Assembly (NCBI GenBank): GCA_043800755.1
Contig: JAZDMQ010000127.1
Coordinates: forward strand, 1-47,667
DNA length: 47,667 nt
Direction: 5' to 3'
Origin: a bacterium
GTDB lineage: Bacteria > Methylomirabilota > Methylomirabilia > CAVQYV01
Made by a program: the position numbers and the translations under genes. Of this stretch, positions 1 through 7,373 are shown piece by piece; the stretch's first letter is position 1; every line of letters starts with the position of its first letter. Below the pieces are notes generated by a model. The model was not told the origin of the DNA, searched no databases, and saw nothing but the letters and a program-made list of their open reading frames with translations.

Positions 1-445
1 TTCCCAGGCCGATGCCCACTTTGAGATAGGGGGATTCCAACAACATAACGGCTACCGACTTCGGGATGTAACCGGCGGGGCATATGGAATAACCTCCAGC
101 ATACCCGGTGGTCTGCCCCACCAGGGGGACCTGGGCTCCAATGATGGAGGTCACGCCGGCCAGGATGGCGTCCATATCCTTATGGGGCGGATCGGCGAAG
201 ACCATGGCCAACATTGGCTTCTTGACCTTCTGTTTGGCCATGGCGGCTGCCTCTCTTCCCGCTTCCCGGGGAGAAGGATTGACGCTATAGCCGGCCGCCG
301 CCAACACCGCATCGCCCCCACCCGCCTCTGCCTGGGGGGCGCCCACGCCCTCCAGGCCCGCCATGCCCCCGATCACCGCGGCGGCGCTGGCATACTGGAA
401 GGTCTTCTTCATGAAGTCCCTCCTCGAGAGGTCCTTTTCTAGCAT
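1..445 (-). CDS. Tat-signal, FIST N-terminal-like domain protein (3'-partial, runs off the window)
   Basis: Manually translated from ATG at 445 (RBS GGAAGGAGGGG) with no stop to position 1: MLEKDLSRRDFMKKTFQYASAAAVIGGMAGLEGVGAPQAEA|GGGDAVLAAAGYSVNPSPREAGREAAAMAKQKVKKPMLAMVFADPPHKDMDAILAGVTSIIGAQVPLVGQTTG...SVAVMLLESPYLKVGIGLG. SRRDFMK is a Tat motif and AEA a likely SPase I site. The GxS..AGREAA..VFA..VPLVGxTT pattern is FIST_N-like. Confidence 0.75.
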   Translation of the reverse strand, partial: MLEKDLSRRDFMKKTFQYASAAAVIGGMAGLEGVGAPQAEAGGGDAVLAAAGYSVNPSPREAGREAAAMAKQKVKKPMLAMVFADPPHKDMDAILAGVTSIIGAQVPLVGQTTGYAGGYSICPAGYIPKSVAVMLLESPYLKVGIGLG

Positions 446-488
446 CTTCCCCTCCTTCCTGGACGGTGGATTGTGAAAGAGATGATAG

Positions 489-518
489 AAAAAAATAGGA
501 GGTCATTTCTGACCTCCT
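489..518 (-). terminator. Intrinsic terminator in the leader of the FIST gene (expression platform)
   Basis: Minus strand AGGAGGUCA-GAAA-UGACCUCCU-A-UUUUUUU: perfect 9-bp stem plus U tract, about 45 nt upstream of the ATG at 445. Confidence 0.85.
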
Positions 519-597
519 TTGCGCAATGGCGGGCTCAGGGATTGCTCCCTGAACCTTATCGCCCTGTCCCTCCCGGAAGGAGGGACAGGGTCGGAGG
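513..597 (-). ncRNA. Moco/Wco (molybdenum/tungsten cofactor)-like riboswitch aptamer, P3-less variant
   Basis: CCUCC-GA-[CCCUGUCCCUCC uuccg GGAGGGACAGGG]-CGAUAA-[GGUUCAGGGA GCAA UCCCUGAGCC]-CGCCAUUGCGC-AAA-GGAGG. It matches the remembered Moco-motif scaffold: CUCCGA...AAAGGAG P1, GAUAAGGU junction, GNRA-capped P4 and a small P5. Confidence 0.65.
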
Positions 598-631
598 AAA
601 CTCGTTTTATGTAATAATGTTGAAAAAGCCG

Positions 632-673
632 AAAAACAAAAAGGCCCGGTCTATGTGAGCATAGAACGAGCCT
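632..673 (-). terminator. Intrinsic terminator (distal one in the FIST leader, or ilvE/sRNA terminator)
   Basis: Minus strand AGGCUCGUUCUAUG-CUCA-CAUAGACCGGGCCU-UUUUGUUUUU. Confidence 0.75.
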
Positions 674-796
674 CTATTCTTTGGCCAAAATCTTTACCCC
701 TATTGGACGGATATACCGACTTCACCCCGGCGACATGCTATCGCTCCTGTTTCGAAATAGCTCCTCAAGGGACTCTTATTTAGCTTGACAATTACA

Positions 797-825
797 TATA
801 TAATGTACCGATGCGCCTTTGTCAA
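797..825 (-). promoter_or_regulatory. Putative sigma70 promoter for the FIST leader
   Basis: Minus strand TTGACA (825-820), 17-nt spacer, imperfect -10 TATATA in an AT-rich patch. Confidence 0.45.
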
Positions 826-848
826 ATACTTTTTCTCAGCCGACACGA

Positions 849-1760
849 CTAATAGACCGGAACACACCATTTCAAATACTTGCGAGAATTTCCTTTGACC
901 ACCTCGAAATAAAGCTTCTGGATCTCGGCGGTGATGGGTCCGATCTTTCCCGATCCCACCGGGCGTCGATCCACCTCGATGACCGGCGAAACCTGGGCCC
1001 CGGTCCCACAAAGGAAGATCTCCTCTGCGAGGTAGAGCTCACTCCGGCCGATCTGTCTCTCGATGGCCTCGAGGTTTAGCTCGGTGCGGCAAAGATCGAT
1101 GAGGACAATCCGGGTAATTCCCTCCAGGATATCCTCCGCCAGGGTGGGCGTGATCAGCTTTCCCCCCCGGACCAAGAAGATGTTCTCCGCGCTCCCCTCG
1201 GAGACGAAACCATCCTTGGTTAGAAAGATCGCCTCGTCATAGCCGTGATCGAGGGCCTCGCTCTTGGCTATGGCAGAATTTACATATCCGCCTGCGATCT
1301 TACAGCGCGCCGGGATCGAGTTGTCATCAATGCGTCGCCAGGAAGAGACCCCGACCCGAACGCCCTTAGAGACATCGATGTACGGGCCGAAGGGAATGCT
1401 AAAGATAGTCAGGCCGGTCTCCATTCCGTGGAGCTTCACCCCCACCGTCTCGGTGGCAAAGAAGGCAAGGGGTCGGACATAAACATCCTCTTCTGGGTGG
1501 TTCTTCCGCAGAAGCTCCAGCGTAATGTCACACAACTCCTCAGCGCTGTGGTCCACCTTGAGCCGCAGAAGGGGGGTATTGCGGAGGAAGCGCTGATAAT
1601 GCTCCAGCATTTTGAAAACGAAGAGCTGCTTCTTCGGTCCATTCCAATAGGCCCGGATCCCTTCAAAGACCGCCGTGCCGTAGTGGAGGGAGTTGGTCAT
1701 CACCGAGATCTTAGCTTCGGAGAGAGTTACGAACTTGCCATTAAGATAGATGTATTCCAT
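849..1760 (-). CDS. ilvE: Branched-chain amino acid aminotransferase (class IV PLP)
   Basis: LHYGTAVFEGIRAY, YVRP, catalytic K in RCKIAGGYVNS, EGSAENIF, ILEGITR and GTGAQV. Start moved to MEYIYLNG (ATG 1760, RBS GGAAAAGGA). Confidence 0.95.
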   Translation of the reverse strand: MEYIYLNGKFVTLSEAKISVMTNSLHYGTAVFEGIRAYWNGPKKQLFVFKMLEHYQRFLRNTPLLRLKVDHSAEELCDITLELLRKNHPEEDVYVRPLAFFATETVGVKLHGMETGLTIFSIPFGPYIDVSKGVRVGVSSWRRIDDNSIPARCKIAGGYVNSAIAKSEALDHGYDEAIFLTKDGFVSEGSAENIFLVRGGKLITPTLAEDILEGITRIVLIDLCRTELNLEAIERQIGRSELYLAEEIFLCGTGAQVSPVIEVDRRPVGSGKIGPITAEIQKLYFEVVKGNSRKYLKWCVPVY

Positions 1761-1924
1761 TCCTTTTCCCTTCTGAAGACGGACGAGGTGGAAGAGGCTC
1801 CAATCCTCCCCAAGCATGCCGGGCGAGGGCAATTCCGCTGCGGGCAGGGCAACTAAAGAGCGAAGAGGGTGATGATCAAAGGGTCCCTATCTTGACAGAT
1901 CCCCTGGTTTGCCCGGGAGCCCCA

Positions 1925-1953
1925 AAATTACATAGATAGATTTTAGTTGTCAA
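1925..1953 (-). promoter_or_regulatory. sigma70 promoter for ilvE
   Basis: Minus strand TTGACA (1953-1948), 17 nt, TAATTT (1930-1925). Confidence 0.6.
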
Positions 1954-2107
1954 CGGTTTTTTCAGGTTTAGGGGTGTATCCGATTTGTTGCGCGGAAAAA
2001 GGTCCCATGCAGGTTGGGAAGACGATGGCCGCCCTGGAGGTTTGCTGAGGGTGGGTCGGCTACCGGGACGAGACGGTTCGTCTAAAGGGGGGCCAGGAGA
2101 AATAAGC

Positions 2108-2137
2108 TTGACACGGATTGATGTTAGAGACTATAAT
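2108..2137 (+). promoter_or_regulatory. sigma70 promoter for cheW-cheW-romR
   Basis: Perfect TTGACA (2108-2113), 18 nt, TATAAT (2132-2137). Confidence 0.8.
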
Positions 2138-2190
2138 TTTTTTGATGTGCGGCTTTTCAATGGTAGGGGGCCATGTGGGATAGGGAGAGC

Positions 2191-2655
2191 ATGACGAAGG
2201 GGGCCTCGAAAGAAGAGGACCCATGCTTGGTTTTTACCCTGGGGCAGGAGACCCACGGAATCCGTATCCAGATGTTGCGGGAGATTGTCACCGATGCCGG
2301 GATGAAGCCTCTCCCTCCTCCTGGTTTCGAATACTGTGAGGAGCTCGACTTCAGAGGGGATAGAATCCCGGTACTACGGCTTGCCGATTTTTTCGATTAC
2401 TCATGCACGCCAGATGGTCCAAAATCGGTATTGGTCTTGGGGGTAGAGGGCCAGTGCTTTGGCCTTTTGGTGGATGCGGTCAAGGGGGTTTGGAATATAC
2501 CCGAAGCTGAGCTGAAGCCGCTCCCACCCCTGGCCACCTATCTGGATCCGCAATACATACGGGGCATATGCAAGGTGGAGGGCAGGCCGGTTTTCCTGCT
2601 GCGTGAGGATGCCTTTTTGCAGATGAGGGAGATCGCTTCGTTCCATCATTCGTGA
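2191..2655 (+). CDS. CheW-like domain protein
   Basis: LVFTLGQETHGI..LREIV, FRGDRIPVLRL, FGLLVDAV and YIRGICKVEGRPVFLL fit the CheW fold. Start taken at ATG 2191 after GGGAGAG. Confidence 0.85.
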   Translation: MTKGASKEEDPCLVFTLGQETHGIRIQMLREIVTDAGMKPLPPPGFEYCEELDFRGDRIPVLRLADFFDYSCTPDGPKSVLVLGVEGQCFGLLVDAVKGVWNIPEAELKPLPPLATYLDPQYIRGICKVEGRPVFLLREDAFLQMREIASFHHS

Positions 2656-2779
2656 ATGGGCTCGGCGAGCGCAATCCCAAACCAGGCAGCGGGATAGGGG
2701 ACCGACCAGAGTCGTCCACCTATATGACGCACCGCCGGGCTTCCCCGGGCGGGGGCAAAAGGAGGCTCGAAGGTTATTC

Positions 2780-3253
2780 ATGAACTCAGGTCAATCGGAG
2801 GGCGCCACTGGGGAATTCCTGGTCTTTTTGGTGGAGGAGAGGTTTTTTGCACTGGAGTTGGAGAAGGTCATTCAGATCATCAGCTATGTGCAGCCCACCA
2901 TACCCCCGCAAAGGCGTCCTTGCATCGAGGGAATTATTGAGTTCCGGGGCGACTTTATCCCCCTGATGAGCCTGAGAAAGCGCCTGGGATTGGAAGGGCC
3001 CAGTTTGGATTCCCAACCCGTGATCTTGTTCCTGAGATTGGGGAGGCAAACCCTAGCCTTAGCAGCCGATTCGGTGGTTCGGGTGCTCTCCCAGGACCTG
3101 GAGACGGTGACCGAACCTCCCCCCAAACTGCAGGGAGTGAGGTCTGAGTTTTTACGCGGCGTATTCAATTTCGACGGAAGGCCGCTCCTGTGGATCAACG
3201 ATGAGAGCCTGGTGGCCTCTCATGGGGAGATACCCTTAGCTCAGGACCTTTAA
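2780..3253 (+). CDS. CheW-like domain protein
   Basis: FLVFLVEERFFAL..VIQII, IEGIIEFRGDFIPLMSLRKRLG, LALAADSVVRV and FLRGVFNFDGRPLLWI. Confidence 0.85.
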   Translation: MNSGQSEGATGEFLVFLVEERFFALELEKVIQIISYVQPTIPPQRRPCIEGIIEFRGDFIPLMSLRKRLGLEGPSLDSQPVILFLRLGRQTLALAADSVVRVLSQDLETVTEPPPKLQGVRSEFLRGVFNFDGRPLLWINDESLVASHGEIPLAQDL

Positions 3254-3306
3254 GATTCCCTCAATCGTCAGGGAGATCGATACGTTTGGCTATAAAGGAG
3301 GCCGCT

Positions 3307-4614
3307 ATGACTCCGCGGATCTTGGTTGCCGATGACAGCGTCACCATCCAAAAGGTGGTGGAGTTGACCTTCAGCAAAGAGGACTTCCAGATCATCAGAG
3401 CCCTGAATGGCGCCGAAGCCATCGCGAAGGCGAAGGAAAGCAAGCCCGATATCATCCTGCTGGATGTCTTCATGCCCGAGAAGAACGGCTATGAGGTGTG
3501 CGAGTCCTTGCGGGAAGACCCTCAACTGAAGGAAGTTCCCATTATACTCTTGGTTGCGGCCTTTGAGGTTTTTGATCAGGAACGGGGCCGGCGGGCCGGG
3601 GCGGATGACTATGTCACCAAGCCCTTCGAATCGAAGCAACTTATTGCCAAAGTCAAGCAGCACCTCTTTGCCAGCAGTGCCAAGTTGGCCTTGGGGAGAG
3701 AAAGGGAGAAAGAGGAGGTTCCGCAGGTGGGGGCCGTTTCCCCTACCGCAGAGGCTCCCGCAAGACCGACTGCCATGGAAGCCCCGTCCCCTGCGCCTCC
3801 CCCGGTGAAAGAAATGCCCCCCGCCCCGGAGCCAGTGAGCAAGCAAGCCCCGGTTGAGAGGGAGGGGGAGAGGCCGGTATGGGACTCAGAGGCGGAGATT
3901 CTGATCCCAGCCGAACCAGGGAAGGGGGCCGAGGCGGCCGTTCCGGTCACGGGGGAAGGGGAGACGGGGGTCTCCGACGAGGAGCTCTGGCAGATGTTGG
4001 ATTTGAGCAGTGGTCAGGCGGCATCCTTGGCCCCTCCCCCGGCACCAGGAGAACCGGAATTGGCCGTAGTCGCGGAGGATAGCGCTGAGGCGTTTTTTGA
4101 CCTTTATTCGCAGGAGATGTCTTTAGAAGTCCCTCCTGTGCCTTCTCCGGAACCGGCTTCCGAGCCCTCTCTCCAGGTACAGGCGTTGGAGTCCGCGGCG
4201 GAGCCGACCTTTGAGGAAGAGGTGACATTGGAGGGAAGGGATTTGGCAGAGGAAGAGGTCATCTCCTTTGACAACCTGACGGAAGCCGTGGTCGAGGAAG
4301 AGGTGAGCGTCCTTCCCGCAGTAGAAGGGCTTTCAAAGGAGGAGTCCCTTCCCTTGTTCCTGACCGAAGGGGTATCAGCCGTAGGGGAAGGGATCGAGCC
4401 CAGCAAGAAGCCCGAGGCCCCGGCCAAAGAAGAGGCGCCCCCTGAAAGGCTCACGGAGGAAATCGCCGAACGAATTGTCAAAGAGGTAACGGATCGCTTG
4501 ATTTCCCGAATCGAAAGGATCATCTGGGAAGTGGTCCCTGACCTGGCTGAGGTCCTGATCACCAAGGAGATTGAAAAGATCAAAGCGGCTGCCGAGGAAC
4601 AAGAGACCTCTTGA
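3307..4614 (+). CDS. romR: RomR-like response regulator (receiver + Pro/Glu-rich linker + conserved C-terminal helix)
   Basis: Receiver ILVADDSVTIQKVVELTF..LLDVFMP..TKPFES, long acidic/Pro linker, C-terminal IERIIWEVVPDLAEVLITKEIEKIK typical of RomR. ATG 3307 follows AAGGAGG. Confidence 0.8.
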   Translation: MTPRILVADDSVTIQKVVELTFSKEDFQIIRALNGAEAIAKAKESKPDIILLDVFMPEKNGYEVCESLREDPQLKEVPIILLVAAFEVFDQERGRRAGADDYVTKPFESKQLIAKVKQHLFASSAKLALGREREKEEVPQVGAVSPTAEAPARPTAMEAPSPAPPPVKEMPPAPEPVSKQAPVEREGERPVWDSEAEILIPAEPGKGAEAAVPVTGEGETGVSDEELWQMLDLSSGQAASLAPPPAPGEPELAVVAEDSAEAFFDLYSQEMSLEVPPVPSPEPASEPSLQVQALESAAEPTFEEEVTLEGRDLAEEEVISFDNLTEAVVEEEVSVLPAVEGLSKEESLPLFLTEGVSAVGEGIEPSKKPEAPAKEEAPPERLTEEIAERIVKEVTDRLISRIERIIWEVVPDLAEVLITKEIEKIKAAAEEQETS

Positions 4615-4632
4615 CGAGGCATTGCCTTACTA

Positions 4633-4675
4633 GGGGATGGAGAGGCAGGGAGTCCTCTCGATCCCCATTTTTTTT
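4633..4675 (+). terminator. Intrinsic terminator after romR
   Basis: GGGGATGGAGAGG-cagggagt-CCTCTCGATCCCC followed by A and T8. Confidence 0.75.
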
Positions 4676-4711
4676 GCCATCTGCTGCGGAGTACGAAGGA
4701 GCTTGAAGAGA

Positions 4712-7363
4712 ATGACCCTGTCCATGGAAAAAGAATACGATTACCTTCCGATCGAGGAGAAGTGGTATGCCATCTGGGAAAAGGCAGGCTATTTTCACGC
4801 CGACGAAACCTCAGAGAGAAAGTCCTACTCCATCGTCATCCCCCCGCCGAATATCACTGGCTCCCTTCACATGGGCCATGCCCTCAACAATACCCTGCAG
4901 GATGTCCTGGTCCGCTGGAAGAGGATGCAGGGATGTAACACTTTGTGGATGCCGGGGACCGACCACGCGGGCATCGCCACTCAGAATGTGGTAGAAAGGC
5001 AGCTGCAGAAGAAGGGCTTGAATCGAGATCAGATTGGCCGGGAGGAATTCGTTCGCCTGGTTTGGAGGTGGCGTGAGGAATCGGGAGGGACGATCCTGGC
5101 CCAATTGAAGAAACTTGGGGCCTCCTGCGATTGGGAGCGAGAGCGGTTCACCCTGGATGAGGGCCTTTCGGAGGCGGTGAAGGAAGTCTTCTGCCAGCTT
5201 TATGAGGGGGGACTCATCTATCGGGGAGACTACATCATTAACTGGTGCCCCCACTGCCGGACGGCCCTCTCTGATCTGGAGGTGGACTACAAGACGACCG
5301 CGGGCAAGCTCTATTACATCCGCTATCCCTTTGCCTCGGGTAAGGGTGGGGTCATGGTGGCCACCACCCGGCCGGAGACGATGCTGGGAGATACGGCAGT
5401 GGCCGTGAATCCCAAGGACCACCGTTACCGCCAGCAAGTGGGGCAAACTCTGGTCCTCCCCCTGATGGGGCGGGAGATTCCGCTGATTAGCGATAGTTTC
5501 GTCGATATGGACTTCGGGACCGGCGCGGTAAAGGTCACCCCGGCCCACGACCTCAATGACTTCGAGATGGGGCTTCGCCATTGCCTTCCGGCAGTGAAGG
5601 TCATTCAGGAGGACGGTACCATGACCGCCGAGGCCGGCCGCTATCAAGGCTTGAACTGCGCCACCTGTCGGGAAAAGCTGCTGAAGGATTTGGGGAGGGA
5701 GGGCTGCCTCAAGAAGGTAGAGGACCATTCCCACTCGGTGGGGCACTGTTATCGGTGCGGCACCATGATCGAGCCCATGCTCTCCCGTCAATGGTTCGTG
5801 CGGATGAAGCCCTTGGCCGAGCCCGCAATCGCCGCGGTGGAAGAGGGCAGAATCAAGATCATCCCCGAGTACTGGGAGAAGACCTATTTCGAATGGATGC
5901 AGAATATCCGAGATTGGTGCATCTCTCGCCAGATCTGGTGGGGCCATCGCATCCCGGTCTGGTATTGCCGAGATTGTGGGGAGGTGATCGTTTCCCGGAC
6001 GGAGCCGAGTGGATGCCGGGGCTGTGCCGGCAAGAATCTGGAGCAGGAGACCGATGTCCTGGATACCTGGTTCAGCTCTGCCCTCTGGCCTTTTTCCACC
6101 ATGGGCTGGCCCCGGGATACCCTGGAGCTGAAGCGCTTCTATCCCACCTCGGTGCTGGTCACTGGCTTCGACATCCTCTTTTTCTGGGTGGCCCGCATGA
6201 TCATGATGGGCCTCCGTTTTGCAGGGAATGTTCCCTTCCGCGAGGTCTTCATCCATGCCCTGGTGCGGGATGCGGAGGGGCAGAAGATGAGCAAATCGCG
6301 GGGCAATGTCATCGACCCGTTGATCATGATTGACAAGTACGGGGCGGACGCCTTCCGCTTCACCTTGGTGGCCCTGGCTGCCCAGGGCCGGGATATTCGC
6401 CTTTCGGAGGAGCGGATCGAGGGCTACCGCCACTTCTGCAATAAACTCTGGAATGCCTCCCGATTCGTGCTCATGAGCACCGAGGGCCTCGATTATCTCT
6501 CCATGGATCTCTCGGAGTTGAAGCTGGACCTTGCCGATCGGTGGATGGTAAGCCGGGCCAACCAACTCATCGCCTCGGTGACGGGCAGCCTCTCGGCCTA
6601 CAAATTTAACGAGGCCGCCCAGTTCCTCTATCAATTCCTCTGGCATGAGTTCTGCGATTGGTATCTGGAGATCGTGAAGGCCCGCATCCAGGCCGGGGCC
6701 GATCATGAAGGGATAAGGACCGGGAAGTATTTGCTTTTGCATCTCTTGGAGATCATGCTGCGCATGCTCCATCCCTTTATGCCCTTTGTCACCGAGGAGA
6801 TCTGGCAGAAGCTGCCCCATCGAGGATCGAGCATCATGATTGCCCCCTGGCTCCAGGAAGTGGCCGGGGGGATTGACTTGGCGGCGATTGAGACCATGGA
6901 GACCTTGATGGAGGTCATTAGGGTGGTGCGTAACGTCCGCTCGGAGATGAACATCCCCAATGCCAAGCGGATCGAGCTTCTATTGAAGACCCATGACGAG
7001 ACCCAGCTCTCCCTGATCGAGCCGGGCGCGGATTACATCCGCAGCTTAGCCCGGGTGGGGGATCTTCAGATCGGCCCGGACCTGGAAAAGCCAGAGGGCT
7101 CGACGGCTTCCGTGGTGAAAGGGATGGAGGCCTTTATCCCCCTCCGGGGGGTGATCAATCCGGAAGAGGAACGCGCCCGGCTGGATCACGAGCTGAAGAA
7201 ATTGGATAAAGACCTGGAGAGGACCTCCAGAAAATTGGCGAGTTCCGATTTCCTCGAAAAGGCCCCCGAAGAGGTGGTGGCGAAAGAGAAGGCCCTGCAC
7301 CAGGAATTGATGGATTCCAGGGCCAAGCTCTTGAACCACCTCGAAATGATTCGATCCCTGTGA
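4712..7363 (+). CDS. valS: Valine--tRNA ligase
   Basis: PPPNITGSLHMGH, GTDHAGIATQ, DWCISRQIWWGH, KMSKS and a C-terminal coiled coil. Start 4712 or 4724. Confidence 0.97.
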   Translation: MTLSMEKEYDYLPIEEKWYAIWEKAGYFHADETSERKSYSIVIPPPNITGSLHMGHALNNTLQDVLVRWKRMQGCNTLWMPGTDHAGIATQNVVERQLQKKGLNRDQIGREEFVRLVWRWREESGGTILAQLKKLGASCDWERERFTLDEGLSEAVKEVFCQLYEGGLIYRGDYIINWCPHCRTALSDLEVDYKTTAGKLYYIRYPFASGKGGVMVATTRPETMLGDTAVAVNPKDHRYRQQVGQTLVLPLMGREIPLISDSFVDMDFGTGAVKVTPAHDLNDFEMGLRHCLPAVKVIQEDGTMTAEAGRYQGLNCATCREKLLKDLGREGCLKKVEDHSHSVGHCYRCGTMIEPMLSRQWFVRMKPLAEPAIAAVEEGRIKIIPEYWEKTYFEWMQNIRDWCISRQIWWGHRIPVWYCRDCGEVIVSRTEPSGCRGCAGKNLEQETDVLDTWFSSALWPFSTMGWPRDTLELKRFYPTSVLVTGFDILFFWVARMIMMGLRFAGNVPFREVFIHALVRDAEGQKMSKSRGNVIDPLIMIDKYGADAFRFTLVALAAQGRDIRLSEERIEGYRHFCNKLWNASRFVLMSTEGLDYLSMDLSELKLDLADRWMVSRANQLIASVTGSLSAYKFNEAAQFLYQFLWHEFCDWYLEIVKARIQAGADHEGIRTGKYLLLHLLEIMLRMLHPFMPFVTEEIWQKLPHRGSSIMIAPWLQEVAGGIDLAAIETMETLMEVIRVVRNVRSEMNIPNAKRIELLLKTHDETQLSLIEPGADYIRSLARVGDLQIGPDLEKPEGSTASVVKGMEAFIPLRGVINPEEERARLDHELKKLDKDLERTSRKLASSDFLEKAPEEVVAKEKALHQELMDSRAKLLNHLEMIRSL

Positions 7364-7373
7364 GGAAGGGGCG

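Noticed and set aside
108..658. Short ORFs 108..290, 182..442, 285..506 and 473..658 from the track
   Set aside because: They are shadows of the minus-strand Tat-FIST gene and its RNA leader, with no recognisable motifs.
725..770. Hammerhead-like words on the minus strand (UUGAGGA..CGAAAC..GUC)
   Set aside because: The core is not CUGANGA, and stems I and III cannot form adequately.
785..804. Plus-strand TTGACA...TATAAT
   Set aside because: The spacer is only 8 nt, so this is not a functional sigma70 promoter.
1880..1916. GGGCAAACC...GGGAC in the ilvE leader resembling a c-di-GMP-I riboswitch
   Set aside because: It lacks the GAAA-capped stem, the GCAAAGC junction and the second hairpin.
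4811..6820. 669-aa minus-strand ORF
   Set aside because: Antisense shadow of valS, as expected from GC-rich codon bias; no domain motifs.
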